Source of the DNA: an uncultured Acidobacteriota bacterium
GTDB lineage: Bacteria > Acidobacteriota > Vicinamibacteria > Vicinamibacterales > 2-12-FULL-66-21
Assembly: GCA_963847975.1 (NCBI GenBank)
Contig: CAWKBU010000029.1
Location: 229,064-293,063, forward strand
Length of the DNA: 64,000 nt
Direction of reading: 5' to 3'
The position numbers and the translations under genes are program-made. The notes below the pieces were generated by a model, which saw only the letters and a list, made by a program, of their open reading frames with translations, did not search any database and was not told the DNA's origin. This document shows positions 27,814 to 38,585 of the stretch, piece after piece (positions within the stretch are counted from its first letter, which is position 1; every line of letters starts with the position of its first letter).

Positions 27814-29142
27814 ATGATGAGACCCGTCGCCGTCTGGCTTGCACTGCTTCTCAGCGCCAACCTCGCCATCCGCCCTTCCGCGCAGACCCCGACCGCCACC
27901 GCAAGGATGTCGGCCAACGATCTGTACAAGGTGCGGGGCATGATGCGTGAGGCCTACGAGACGGTGAAGAAGAACTACTACGATCCGTCCTTCCGTGGGC
28001 TCGACTGGGACGCGCGCTATCGCGAGTACGACGAGAAGCTGAAGGGCGCACCGACGATGAACGCGGGGCTGACGCTCGTGGCCGCGTTCGTGGGAGGGCT
28101 GAACGATTCGCACACGAGCTTCCTGCCGCCGCCGCATGCCTATACGGTCGACTACGGCTATTACCTCATGGTCATCGGCGACCAGGTCTTCGTGGAACGC
28201 GTCCGGCCTGGCTCGGACGCGGCGTCGAAAGTGCGTCCCGGGGACCAGTTGCTGTCGCTCAACGGCGGCGGCGTCGGGCGCGAGAGCTTTCGCCGGATGT
28301 GGTACCTGTTCCACATCCTGCAGCCGCAGCCGACGACGAGGCTCGAGCTGCGTGACCCTACCGGCGCGGAGCGCGTCGTCTCGGTCGCGACCACGGTGAC
28401 GCCGGGGCGCGCGGTGCGCAACCTGACGGGGCCTGGCGCCGGCATGGAGATCCAGGAGCTCGAGCGCGGCATGGAGGACGTCGCGCGCCGATCGCGGCAG
28501 CGCTACGTGGAGCGAGGCGGCGTGATGATCTGGAAGATGCCCCACTTCATGCTCGAGAACGGCGAGGTCGATCGCCTCTTCGGCATCGCCAGGCAGCAGG
28601 GCACGCTCGTGCTCGACCTGCGCGGCAACGGCGGCGGCCTCATCAGCGCGATGCACCGCATGGTCGACAACGTCTTCAAAGCGGACGTGACGATCGCGAC
28701 CCGCGCCGGACGGAGGGGGCGCGCCACGATGACCGCGAAGGGCCGCGGCGACGCGGCGTTCGCCGGCAAGCTGATCGTGCTCGTGGACAGCGCGTCAGCC
28801 TCGTCCGCGGAGATCTTCGCCCGCACCGTCCAGCTGCAGAAGCGTGGCGTCGTCATCGGCGACCGCTCGGCCGGCGCGGTGATGGAAGCGCGCATGCATC
28901 CGTTCGTCCAGGGCGACCCGGTCGCGATCTTCTATCAGTTCCTCGTCACCGACGCCGACATCGTGATGCCGGACGGCCGCAGCCTCGAAGGCAGCGGCGT
29001 GATGCCGGACGAGCTGCTGCAGCCCACGGGTGCGGACCTCGCGGCGGGTCGCGACCCCGTGCTGGCGCGCGCCGCCGCGCTCGCCGGCCTCGAGCTCGAC
29101 GCGCTCGCCGCCGGCGGGCTCTTCCCGTTCGAGTGGAAGTAG
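27814..29142 (+). CDS. S41-family (C-terminal processing / tail-specific) peptidase with PDZ domain
   Basis: Signal MMRPVAVWLALLLSANLA; PDZ-like VERVRPGSDAASKVRPGDQLLSLNG; LVLDLRGNGGGL; VLVDSASASSAEIFA. Confidence 0.85.
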   Translation: MMRPVAVWLALLLSANLAIRPSAQTPTATARMSANDLYKVRGMMREAYETVKKNYYDPSFRGLDWDARYREYDEKLKGAPTMNAGLTLVAAFVGGLNDSHTSFLPPPHAYTVDYGYYLMVIGDQVFVERVRPGSDAASKVRPGDQLLSLNGGGVGRESFRRMWYLFHILQPQPTTRLELRDPTGAERVVSVATTVTPGRAVRNLTGPGAGMEIQELERGMEDVARRSRQRYVERGGVMIWKMPHFMLENGEVDRLFGIARQQGTLVLDLRGNGGGLISAMHRMVDNVFKADVTIATRAGRRGRATMTAKGRGDAAFAGKLIVLVDSASASSAEIFARTVQLQKRGVVIGDRSAGAVMEARMHPFVQGDPVAIFYQFLVTDADIVMPDGRSLEGSGVMPDELLQPTGADLAAGRDPVLARAAALAGLELDALAAGGLFPFEWK

Positions 29143-29159
29143 GCTCCCCTCCGCTCCCC

Positions 29160-29198
29160 TTGCATTTCGATGGGTCGCCGCGTTATCTTCCCATTGAA
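29160..29198 (+). promoter_or_regulatory. Candidate padR-2 promoter (ttgcat-17 nt-ttatct) overlapped by inverted repeat ttcgatggg/cccattgaa
   Basis: ttgcat 29160-29165 and ttatct 29183-29188. The IR arms are 29166-29174 and 29190-29198 (8/9 complementary). GGGAG RBS before ATG 29215. Confidence 0.3.
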
Positions 29199-29214
29199 AC
29201 CCGATGGGAGTGAC

Positions 29215-29559
29215 ATGCCGCCGCCCGAACAGGACATTCTGAGAGGCACGCTCGATCTGCTGATCCTCAAGGCGCTCAGCTGGGGGCCGGCGCACGGCTA
29301 TGCCGTTGCCCGCTGGATTCAGCACGCCACCAGCGACGCGCTGGCCGTCGGCGAGGGCTCGCTCTATCCAGCCCTGCACCGGCTCGAGGAGCGCGAGTGG
29401 ATTGCCGCGAGCTGGGGAACGTCCGAGAACAACCGTCAGGCCAAGTTTTACGCGCTCACGCGGCGCGGCCGGGCGCAATTGCGGGTCGAGGCCGAGAACT
29501 GGCGGCGGTACGCCGCGGCCGTCTTCGCCGCGCTCGACGCGCCGGCGCTCCACCCGTAG
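29215..29559 (+). CDS. PadR-family transcriptional regulator (pair 2)
   Basis: LRGTLDLLILKALSWGPAHGYAVARWIQHATSDALAVGEGSLYPALHRLEEREWIAASWGTSENNRQAKFYALTRRG. Confidence 0.9.
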   Translation: MPPPEQDILRGTLDLLILKALSWGPAHGYAVARWIQHATSDALAVGEGSLYPALHRLEEREWIAASWGTSENNRQAKFYALTRRGRAQLRVEAENWRRYAAAVFAALDAPALHP

Positions 29560-29566
29560 GTCATCC

Positions 29567-32210
29567 ATGGCGCGGTGGTCACGATTCCGGCGCCTGTTCG
29601 GTCCCGAGCCGAAAGCCGACGTCGATGTCGAGCTCGCGTTTCATGTCGAGATGCGGGCGCGCGAGCTCATCGATCAGGGCGTCCCGCCGGAGCGTGCGCG
29701 AGCGCTCGCGCTGCGCCGCTTCGGAGACTACGACCGCTCGCGCGCGGCCTGCGTAGAAATCAGCACACGACGGGAGCGTCGCATGGCACGAACCGAGTAC
29801 ATCGACCGAGCTGCGCCAGGACATCGGGTATGCGTTGCGCATGCTGCGCCGCGCACCTGGCTTCACCGCGGTGGCCTCTGACCACGCTCGCCCTGGGGAT
29901 CGGCGCCAACAGCGCCATCTTCAGCGTCGTCCACAGCGTGCTGCTGGCGCCGCTCCCGTTCCGCGATGCGGACCGGTTGCATCGGGTGACCACGCTCTAT
30001 CCCGACGGCACGTCGTATTCGCTGTCGCCGCCGGACTTCATGAGCGTCCGCGAGCAGACCCGGACGCTCGACCAGGTCGAGGCCTTTTCGGGCGGCGTCT
30101 TCACGATGCTCGGCGCCGGCGAGCCGCGCGAGGTGCGCGGAACGAACGTCAGCGACGGCCTGCTCGGCCTGCTTGGACTGCCGGTCGCGCTCGGACGGAC
30201 CCTGCTGCCGGGCGAGAATCAGCCGGGCCGGGAGGGCGTCGCCGTGCTCGATCACGGGTTCTGGCAGCGCCAGTTCGGCGGCGACCGGAGCGTGCTCGGC
30301 CGAACGGTCACGATTGCCGGCGCGCCGGTCGAGATCGTCGGCGTGCTCGCCCCGGGCGCGCACCTGCTGGACGAAGCGGATATCTACGCGCCGCTCGTGT
30401 ACAACGACACGTTCAGTGCCGCGACGGCGAAGGGACGCCGGGGCGAGTACCTCACGGTGATTGGCCGCGCCCGGCCGGGCATGGCCCTGGCACAAGTCGA
30501 TGACGACCTGCGCCGGATCGGCACGGGCCTCCAGGCCGCGTTTCGCGACACGAACGACTCGCTGACGTTCAACGCCCGATCGCTCACCGACGTGATGTTG
30601 GGAGACGTCCGGACACCGCTCCTGGTCCTGCTCGGCGCCGTCGGGTTCGTGCTGCTCGTGGCGTGCGCGAACGTCGCCAACCTGCTGCTCGCGCGCGCGT
30701 CGGCGCGTCAGGCGGAACTCGCCGTGCGCTCGGCACTCGGCGCCGGCCGGGTCCGCCTGCTGCGGCAGCTCCTGACCGAATCGATCGTCCTCGGTGCGGC
30801 CGGCGCCGCGGCCGGGCTCGCGATCGCGTACCTCGCCACCCGGGCGCTCGTTGCCGTGCAGCCCGCGGATCTGCCACGCCTCGACGAGGTCGGCGTGAAC
30901 GGCGCCGTCGTCTTGTTCACCTTTGCGATCGCGCTCGCGACGAGCCTCGCCTTTGGCGTCCTGCCGGCGCTGCAGCTCACCGGCACGCGTCTCCCGACCG
31001 CGTTGCGCGCGGCCTCCCGTGGCGGTGCCAGCGGCGGCGGCCAGCGTATGCGGGCGGCGCTCGTCGTGGCGGAGATGGCGCTCGCCGTCGTGCTGCTCAT
31101 CGGCGCGGGGCTGCTCATCCGGAGCTTCATCCAGTTGACGCGCGTCAATCCCGGCTTCCAGGCCGAACAGGCGTTGTCGTTTCGTGTGACGCTGCAGGGC
31201 GAGAAGTACCGGCAGGATGCGCCCACCCGGATTCGCGTCGCCGAGTTCGAGGAACGCCTGCGCGCCTTGCCCGGGGTCAGCAGCGTGGGAGCGACGAGCG
31301 TGTTGCCGCTCAGCGGCCGCGGCGCGATGCTCGGCTTCGCGGTGGAAGGCGCGCCACCCCCGCCGCCGAACGTGAACGCCGAAATTGCCGTGGCCAGCGC
31401 CACGCCCGACTACTTCCGCGCGATCGGTGCGCGGGTCGCCCGGGGCCGAGGCTTCAGCGACCAGGACCACACCGAGGCGCCGCGCGTGGCGATCGTCAAC
31501 GAGGCTGCCATCCGGCGCTGGTTCCCCGGGCAGGATCCGATCGGCAAGCGCGTGAACATCAACGGCGTCCCGCGCGAGGTCGTCGGGGTCGTGCCCGACG
31601 TGCTGCAACGCAGTCCCGCCGAACCCGCCGCGCCCATGCTCTTTGTCCCCTTCGCGCAGCGGACGATCAGGTCCGTCAAGATGGTCGTCCGGGCGACAGG
31701 CGATCCGGCTGCGCTCGCCACGGCCATCCGAACCGAAATCCGCGCGCTCGATCAGGATCTGGCGATCGCCGACATCACACCGATGACCCGGCTCGTCGCC
31801 CGATCGATGGCACGCCCGCGTTTCTACACCAGCCTGCTGTCGCTCTTTGCCGCCGTCGCGCTCGTGCTGGCCGCGACGGGCGTCTTCGGCGTCATGAGCT
31901 ACGCCGTCGCCCAGCGCTCTAGAGAGATCAGCATTCGCCTGGCGCTCGGGGCGCTTCCCGGCGATGTGCTGCGCATGATCGTCGGCCGGGCACTCGCGCT
32001 GTCAGCGGCCGGGAGTGGTGGTGGGCCTCGGGGCGGCGCTGGTCCTCGGGCGCTTCATCCAGGGCCAGCTCTTCGGCGTAACGCTCGTCGACCCCGTGAC
32101 GCTTGGCTCGGTCGCACTCGTGCTGGGCGCGAGCGCCGCGCTGGCGAGCTTCCTGCCCGCGCGCCGGGCGACGAAGTTCGATCCCGGCGAGCGCCTTGCG
32201 CGAGGGCTGA
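29567..32210 (+). CDS. ADOP-family duplicated FtsX/MacB-type permease (pair 2); at least 4 frame changes (near 29805, 29875, 32010, 32185)
   Basis: MARWSRFRRLFGPEPKADVDVELAFHVEMRARELIDQGVPPERARALALRRFGDYD... (ORF 29300..29881 frame) | ELRQDIGYALRMLRRAPGFTAV | [27 protein letters not shown]...(29575 frame) | VVVGLGAALVLGRFIQGQLFGV...FLPARRATKFD | PASALREG* (TGA 32208-32210). Confidence 0.8.
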
Positions 32211-32217
32211 CGCCGGA

Positions 32218-33303
32218 CTATCGCGCGCGGTTGACCGGCGCCTTCGTGAAATCGTACAGGAAGAGTCCGTAGCCGATACCCGCGGCCACTCCCGACCGCC
32301 CCATCTGAAACGCCATGTAGCGTCCATCGTCGCTGACCACGGGGTTCGACGAACGATAGGTGGGCACGTCCGCGAAGAAGGTGAGACGCTCCATCGCCCC
32401 GCTGCCATCCAATCTCAACTTGTGGATGTCGGCGCGATCGAAGCCCTTCCCCGCCGGGTTGTGCTTGTCCGATTCGACCGTCGTGAACTCGCCGGACGGG
32501 AAGATACCTTCCGGTTCGTCGTACACGCCCGGTCCATTCGAGTAGTTCGTGAGCTTGCCCGTCGTCAGGTCCACACCAAAGACCTCGGACTGCTGGTAGT
32601 CGTAGGCGCTGAAGATCAGTTCCCGCTCGAGCGGCGGACGGTAGTTCTGGGGCTCCAGGGTGGCGCTGAACGGGAGGTCGCGACTGTCGAGAATCTTGCG
32701 CTGGTTGATGAGCTTCGGCGCGCCGTTCTCGTAGACGATGTCGCCTTCGTGCATCTGCGACGAGCCGGGGGGCATCTCGCCGCCCGGAAACTGCGCCGCC
32801 CGATACGACCAGGCGATGTGCATCCGCTTGCGCGATGGCACAGGGCCTTCCGCCGCCTTGACGCCGAGCGGTTGCGGCCGCGCGGTGCCGGACGGATCGA
32901 GCACGAACAGCCAGCAATTGGTGCGCGCCGCACCGACGTTGGCGGGGTTGAACTCGGTCGGTCCCGACAACAGGATGTGGCCATTCGACAGGTACAACGC
33001 GCGGGTAAAGCCGAAGTGCGGAAAGTGCGCCGTCAGGTTGCGGATGACGCCGGTCGCCAGATCGATCTCCATGGCGTCGCCGAACGTCTTGGAGAGAAAG
33101 AGCACGCGCTGGCTGTCGAGCGAAAACTCGGCCCGTTCCCCAAACCCCGTCAGCTTCCTGATGTGCGGCGGGAGATTGCGGTCGGGCGAAACCACGCCGG
33201 CGGGCGCGGCGGGTGGCGGCTGCTGGCCCAGCAGTTCGTAGGATGATGCAGCACAGAAAGCCGCGAGTACCAGGCAGCCCGCCTTGCGAAAAGTCATCGT
33301 CAA
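32218..33303 (-). CDS. Secreted beta-propeller-like protein (TolB/PD40-like repeats), function unknown
   Basis: Intact 361-aa ORF. Signal MTMTFRKAGCLVLAAFCAASS. PD40-like VSDDGRYMAFQMG and blade-like repeats. Confidence 0.75.
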   Translation of the reverse strand: MTMTFRKAGCLVLAAFCAASSYELLGQQPPPAAPAGVVSPDRNLPPHIRKLTGFGERAEFSLDSQRVLFLSKTFGDAMEIDLATGVIRNLTAHFPHFGFTRALYLSNGHILLSGPTEFNPANVGAARTNCWLFVLDPSGTARPQPLGVKAAEGPVPSRKRMHIAWSYRAAQFPGGEMPPGSSQMHEGDIVYENGAPKLINQRKILDSRDLPFSATLEPQNYRPPLERELIFSAYDYQQSEVFGVDLTTGKLTNYSNGPGVYDEPEGIFPSGEFTTVESDKHNPAGKGFDRADIHKLRLDGSGAMERLTFFADVPTYRSSNPVVSDDGRYMAFQMGRSGVAAGIGYGLFLYDFTKAPVNRAR

Positions 33304-33352
33304 CTCCGCGACGGATTCTACAACCAGCGAGCCCCACCCGTTTGCGGCTACC

Positions 33353-33412
33353 CTAGGGGTCAGGTCTTGTATTTCAACATTTACATGTTGAAATACAAGA
33401 CCTGACCCCTAG
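33353..33412. repeat. 60-nt near-perfect AT-rich palindrome (28-bp arms, 4-nt centre ttac) in the divergent intergenic region
   Basis: ctaggggtcaggtcttgtatttcaacat ttac atgttgaaatacaagacctgacccctag. The arms are exact reverse complements, and CTAG sits at both ends. The arms are about 43% GC against a roughly 70% GC background. Confidence 0.95.
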
Positions 33413-33432
33413 CCCACCAAGCCCCAGGGACA

Positions 33433-34359
33433 GTGCGATATATGACGCTCGGTGTTGAAGATCAAGAGGCGCTGGCGGCGTTGGAGTTCAGGCTCCGGAC
33501 GGTGCTCCCGGAGGAATACCAGGACTGTTACGAAGAAGTGCAGCCCGTCTCGATGGGATCGGCGGGGCTCAAATACGGCAGCGACGGCAAGGTCGCGTGG
33601 AACGAGATGTGGGCCACGTTCTGCGATCTGGCGATGGCCGGCGGTCCGCCCCACAAGGGCATGCTCCTCGAGCCCGGGACGCAGGCAGAGATCGACGCGA
33701 ACTCAGGCCGTTACTTACAGGTCGTGGACGAGATTGTGCGAGGCGTGCGACTGGTGACCGGCCTCGCGGCCCGAGCCTCCGGCGTTCCAGGCTGGGTGCG
33801 CGTGGACTGTCACAGCGACGCGATGGCTGGATGGCTGCTGCGAGCGATCGTGATGGAGAACGTCTCGGCTCGGTGCGAGGGATCGGCGCTCGACCTTCCC
33901 GCCGGCCCCGACTACCGGGTGGAGAAAGAAATCAAGAACGTCGTCACCGTCATCGCCAAGACCTGCCACTACTGGACAGGACACATGTGGCGGGCCCAGA
34001 AGCGCGAAATCGCCGAGCTCTTCGTGAAGATGGCGGACGGCTCGCCGCTCGTCGAGCCCGCGTTGGCAAGCGCCGACAGCCCCGACAGATACGATGAGAT
34101 GTCAGCCAGGATGGCCGGGAGCATTCACCAGAACACCGGGCTCACCCGATCGCGTCATCGCTACGCTGGCTGGCTCGGTCTGGACTGCACGAGCGTTGGC
34201 ACCGCCATCTGGATGATGCGCGCGCTCGTCGCCAGCAACATCCTGTCGCGGCGCGAAGAGACGACGCTCTTCGTGCCGGTCAACCCCGCCACCGATGTCA
34301 CGGGCGACATCGTCGTCAGGGCCGTCTCCCGGATACACCGTCTCGCCGAGGGCCGGTGA
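33433..34359 (+). CDS. Orphan cytoplasmic protein, no recognisable domain
   Basis: Intact 308-aa ORF (GTG 33433 or ATG 33442) with coding-like composition, no TM helix and no signal. Distinctive segment: WNEMWATFCDLAMAGGPPHKGMLLEPG. Confidence 0.7.
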   Translation: MRYMTLGVEDQEALAALEFRLRTVLPEEYQDCYEEVQPVSMGSAGLKYGSDGKVAWNEMWATFCDLAMAGGPPHKGMLLEPGTQAEIDANSGRYLQVVDEIVRGVRLVTGLAARASGVPGWVRVDCHSDAMAGWLLRAIVMENVSARCEGSALDLPAGPDYRVEKEIKNVVTVIAKTCHYWTGHMWRAQKREIAELFVKMADGSPLVEPALASADSPDRYDEMSARMAGSIHQNTGLTRSRHRYAGWLGLDCTSVGTAIWMMRALVASNILSRREETTLFVPVNPATDVTGDIVVRAVSRIHRLAEGR

Positions 34360-34517
34360 CGCGCCCGGCACGGCTATGACGGGTAACGGGAGGTCAGGCC
34401 GGCCGAATCCAGGAAAAACTACGATATTTCTCGGCCCAGTCGTATCCGTATAGAGTTTGTTACTGCGAACGCGTTCCGCATGAGCTCGGGCCGGAGTCGA
34501 GTCCGGCTGGCAGCGGA

Positions 34518-37295
34518 ATGGAACTGACCATGAATGGGAGATTTATGCGCCGACGTACCCTCTCGCCGCTGAACGTGCTGCTCGTGTTGATGCTGGTGGC
34601 CGTCGCGCCGCAACAGGCGTTCGAGCCGCATTCCCAGCAGGCCGCACAGCCCGCCCCGCCCCAGCCGGCGGCTCCACCTCAGCCGGTGCAACTTCCGCTC
34701 GACCTTTTCAAGGTGCCGGACGGGCTCGAAGTGACCTTGTGGGCCACTTCGCCGCTGCTGCGCAACCCGACCAACATGGATATCGACCGCGACGGGCGGA
34801 TCTGGGTGGCCGAAGGGGTTCGCTACCGCTCCCACCATGCGCGCCAGCCCGAGGGCGACAAGATCGTCGTGCTGCAGGACACCGACGGCGACGGCAAGGC
34901 CGACAGCACGCACACGTTCGTGCAGGAACCGGGCCTCGTCGCCCCGCTCGGCGTCTCCGTCATCGATAACAAGGTGATCGTCGCACAGCCGCCCGACATG
35001 ATCGTCTACACCGATGTCGATCGGAACTTGCGCTTCGATCCGGCAGTCGACAAACGTGAAGTGCTGTTGACGGGCTTCCAGGGGATCAATCACGACCACT
35101 CGCTGCATTCGGTGACGGTGGGACCCGACGGCAAGTGGGTGTGGAACGCCGGCAACATGGGGGCGATGTTCACGGATCGGTCGGGAAAGACGTTCCGCAT
35201 CTTCAGCGCCTATCGTGCCAACCCCGTCGGCCCGTTCAAGAACGCGCACGACCCGGCACCCTACGCGGGCAAGCCCAGCGATGATGGGCACGTATACATC
35301 GGCGGTTTCACCGCCCGCATGAATGCCGACGGCACGAACGTCGAGGTCATCGGACACAACTACCGCAACAGCTACGAGCAATCGGTGACGTCGCTCGGCG
35401 ACGTTTTCCAGAACGACAACGACGACCCGCCGGCGTGCCGCGTCAGCTGGGTGATGGAGTACGCCAACTTCGGCTTCTCATCGAACGACGGCCAGCGGAG
35501 CTGGCAGGCGGACCGCCGGCCGGGTCAGACGGTTCCCGTGTCGGAGTGGCGTCAGGATGACCCCGGCATGGCGCCGGTCGGCGACGTGTACGGCGGCGGA
35601 TCCCCGACCGGCAACGTGTTCTACGAGAACGGCGCTCTGGGCCCGTCCTTCGAAGGCATGTTCCTCGCCGCCGATGCCGGCCGGAACGAGATCTTCTCCT
35701 ACCAGCCGGCGCGGCAGGGCGCCGGGTTCGCCCTCGACCGCAAGGTCTTCATCACCTCGAACGTGAAGCAGCAGTACGCGGGGTCGGACTTCGCCATGGG
35801 CAGCGCCGGCGTCACGCGCGCCGTGGAAACGCTCTTCCGGCCGTCGGACGTCGCCGTCGGTCCCGACGGCGCGATCTATGTCAGCGACTGGATCGACGCG
35901 CGCGTCGGTGGCCACCAGGATCTGGACGAGTCGCTGTCGGGCGCCATCTACCGGATCGCGCCCAAGGGGTTTGTCTCGCGCGTGCCGAAGTTCGACGCCG
36001 CGACGATCGACGGGCAGATCACGGCGCTGCGCTCGCCGGCGGTCAACGTCCGGGCCATCGGGTTCGAGGGGTTGAAGGCGCGCGGCGCGGCGTCGGTCAA
36101 CGCCGTCGCGGCGTTGCTGAAGGATCCGAACCCCTACATCCGCGGCCGGGCGATCTTCCTGCTCTACCAGCTGGGTCCGCAGGGACGTCAGCGCGCGGGA
36201 TCGCCCGAGTCGCAGACCGATCCGGTGATGCGCATCGCGGCCTACCGGGCGATGCGCCGCGCGGATCTCGACATCATCCCCGTCGCCCAAAAGCTCGCCC
36301 GCGACACCGACGCCGGCGTTCGGCGTGAGGTCGCGCTGTCGCTGCGCGACCAGCCGGCCGACAAGACGCTCGGCATCCTGGTCGACCTCGCGCGCGGCTA
36401 CGACGGGAAGGACCGCAGCTATCTGGAAGCGCTCGGGACCGGCGCGACCGGCAAGGAGGCGGCGTTCTACGAGCGCGTGCGGCGCGAGCTCGGCGTCAAG
36501 GACGATCCCCTCACGTGGTCCGAGCCGTTCGCGCGCATCGCCTGGCGCCTGCACGTGCCCGCGGCCGTGCCGGACCTGCTCGCGCGCGCACAGTCGGCCA
36601 AGCTGTCCACCGCCGACCGCAAGCTCGCGCTCGACACGCTCGCCTTCGTCAAGGATCCGGCCGCATCCCAGGCCATGCTCACGCTCGCTGCACCGAACAC
36701 CCCGCTCGCCGAACCGGCGACGTGGTGGCTGCTGAACCGGATGTCGAGTGACTGGGCCGACTACGGGCTGGCACCGGCCCTCAAGACCGCTGGCATCTAC
36801 GACCCCGACACTATCGTGTTGAAGGAAATTGTCACGCCCAAGCCGGCCGCCGATCTGCCCGAGCTCTCGGTCGAGGAGATCGGCCGTCTGACCGGTGACG
36901 CGGCACGCGGCAAGACCACGGTTGCCCGCTGCTTGATGTGCCACGCCGTCGGCGGCACCGGGGCCGAGCTCGGACCGGCACTCGATGGCTGGGGCCGCGG
37001 CAAGTCCGCCGAGGTGATCGCCACGGCGCTGGTTCGGCCGAGCGCCGAGATCGCGCAAGGCTACGAAGGCACCGAGCTCCGCACCAAAGACGGCCTGACC
37101 ATCCAGGGGCTGCTCGTCAAGCAGGGCGACCCCTTGATGATGCGCAGCATGGGCGGCGTCACCCAGGTCATTCCCGCCAACCGAGTGGCGGAGCGGCGCC
37201 GCCTGCAGAAAGAGTCGCTGATGATGAGCGCGGCGCAACTGGGTCTGACGGCCCAGGACGTCGCCGACCTCGTGGCGTTCCTGCGGAGTAACTGA
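34518..37295 (+). CDS. PVC-type heme-binding CxxCH protein (putative membrane-bound dehydrogenase domain + HEAT-like repeats + C-terminal cytochrome c)
   Basis: Intact 925 aa. N-terminal F.VPDGLEVTLWATSPLLRNPTNMDIDRDGRIWVAEG...VVLQDTDGDGKADS. Central PNPYIRGRAIFLL-type repeats. C-terminal GKTTVARCLMCHAVGGTGAELGPALDG. Confidence 0.85.
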   Translation: MELTMNGRFMRRRTLSPLNVLLVLMLVAVAPQQAFEPHSQQAAQPAPPQPAAPPQPVQLPLDLFKVPDGLEVTLWATSPLLRNPTNMDIDRDGRIWVAEGVRYRSHHARQPEGDKIVVLQDTDGDGKADSTHTFVQEPGLVAPLGVSVIDNKVIVAQPPDMIVYTDVDRNLRFDPAVDKREVLLTGFQGINHDHSLHSVTVGPDGKWVWNAGNMGAMFTDRSGKTFRIFSAYRANPVGPFKNAHDPAPYAGKPSDDGHVYIGGFTARMNADGTNVEVIGHNYRNSYEQSVTSLGDVFQNDNDDPPACRVSWVMEYANFGFSSNDGQRSWQADRRPGQTVPVSEWRQDDPGMAPVGDVYGGGSPTGNVFYENGALGPSFEGMFLAADAGRNEIFSYQPARQGAGFALDRKVFITSNVKQQYAGSDFAMGSAGVTRAVETLFRPSDVAVGPDGAIYVSDWIDARVGGHQDLDESLSGAIYRIAPKGFVSRVPKFDAATIDGQITALRSPAVNVRAIGFEGLKARGAASVNAVAALLKDPNPYIRGRAIFLLYQLGPQGRQRAGSPESQTDPVMRIAAYRAMRRADLDIIPVAQKLARDTDAGVRREVALSLRDQPADKTLGILVDLARGYDGKDRSYLEALGTGATGKEAAFYERVRRELGVKDDPLTWSEPFARIAWRLHVPAAVPDLLARAQSAKLSTADRKLALDTLAFVKDPAASQAMLTLAAPNTPLAEPATWWLLNRMSSDWADYGLAPALKTAGIYDPDTIVLKEIVTPKPAADLPELSVEEIGRLTGDAARGKTTVARCLMCHAVGGTGAELGPALDGWGRGKSAEVIATALVRPSAEIAQGYEGTELRTKDGLTIQGLLVKQGDPLMMRSMGGVTQVIPANRVAERRRLQKESLMMSAAQLGLTAQDVADLVAFLRSN

Positions 37296-37326
37296 GCCGG
37301 GAATCGCGTCCAATCAAAGGAGTGCC

Positions 37327-38553
37327 ATGAGGTCAGCCCGCATCGCTTTCACGCTGGCGCTGTGCGCCACGCTCAGCGCGGTCAGTCAAGAGCGACCGCT
37401 CGCCAAGCAAGACCATAAGCACGCGAGCAGCGACGCGAAGCTGCCCGGTGTCGGCGCCGCGATGCAGGCGATGATCGAGCGGAACGAGATCGCCGGTGCG
37501 GTCACGGCGGTCGTCACCAAGGACAAGGTGATTCATTTCGAAACCACCGGCCTCGCCGACGTCGCCGCGAAGCGGGCCATGGCGCCCGACAACCTCTTCT
37601 GGATCGCCTCGATGACCAAGCCGGTCACCGGCGTCGCGGTGCTGATGCTGCAGGATGAAGGCAAGCTCAACGTCGCCGATCCGGTGGCCAAGTATCTGCC
37701 CGAGTTCGCGGCGCTGAAGACGCCGTCGGGAAAGCCCGCGAACCTCACGATCACGCAGATCCTCACGCACACGTCCGGACTCGGCGAAGCCAGCGGCCCG
37801 GCGGCGCAGCAGGCCAGGACGCTCGCCGATCTCGTCCCGATCTGGCTCGCCGCTCCGATGCAGTACGAGCCCGGCGCGCAATGGAAATACACGCAGAGCG
37901 GCATCAACGCCGGCGCGCGCATCGTCGAAGTCGTGAGCGGCATGACGTTCGACGTGTTCGTCGAGAAGCGGATCTTCCAACCGCTGGGGATGACGAGCAC
38001 GACGTTCTATCCGAGCGACGCGCAACGCGCGCGGCTGGCCACCGCCTACGCGAAGAATAAGGGCACGGGCGTGCTCGAATCCGTGCCGCCGCGTCCGGAG
38101 TACGGCCCGCGCGATCGGCCACCGCAGGGAAACGGCGGCCTCTACTCGACCGCGCCCGACTACGCGCGCTTCTGCCAGATGCTCCTGAGCGGTGGCACGC
38201 TCGACGGCCGCCGGTATCTCAGCGCGGATGCGATGAAGCTCCTGGCGACACCGCAGACCGCCGACCTGCCCACGGGGTTCTTCCAGTCCGATACCTACGG
38301 CAATCGCGGCACGAACTACGGCTGGGGCATCACGACCAGCATCTTGCGCGTGCCGCACCCCGGTGTGGCCGCCATGCTCTCGCCCGGCACCTACGGCCAC
38401 GGCGGCGCCTGGGGCACGCAGGCGTGGATCGATCCCGTGAAAGGCGTCGCGTATATCCTGATGGTGCAGCGCTCGAACTTCCCCAACAGCGACGCCAGCG
38501 ACGTCCGCGGAGCGTTCCAGCAGGCCGCCGCGGACGCGCTCGCGAAGAAGTAG
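37327..38553 (+). CDS. Secreted serine hydrolase / beta-lactamase-family protein (copy 2)
   Basis: Signal MRSARIAFTLALCATLSAV; SxxK motif WIASMTKPVTG; AAAGGAG RBS; 31 nt after the previous stop, so probably co-transcribed. Confidence 0.9.
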   Translation: MRSARIAFTLALCATLSAVSQERPLAKQDHKHASSDAKLPGVGAAMQAMIERNEIAGAVTAVVTKDKVIHFETTGLADVAAKRAMAPDNLFWIASMTKPVTGVAVLMLQDEGKLNVADPVAKYLPEFAALKTPSGKPANLTITQILTHTSGLGEASGPAAQQARTLADLVPIWLAAPMQYEPGAQWKYTQSGINAGARIVEVVSGMTFDVFVEKRIFQPLGMTSTTFYPSDAQRARLATAYAKNKGTGVLESVPPRPEYGPRDRPPQGNGGLYSTAPDYARFCQMLLSGGTLDGRRYLSADAMKLLATPQTADLPTGFFQSDTYGNRGTNYGWGITTSILRVPHPGVAAMLSPGTYGHGGAWGTQAWIDPVKGVAYILMVQRSNFPNSDASDVRGAFQQAAADALAKK

Positions 38554-38585
38554 CTCGACGTCCTGCTATCGGCAGCGCGCGCGGC

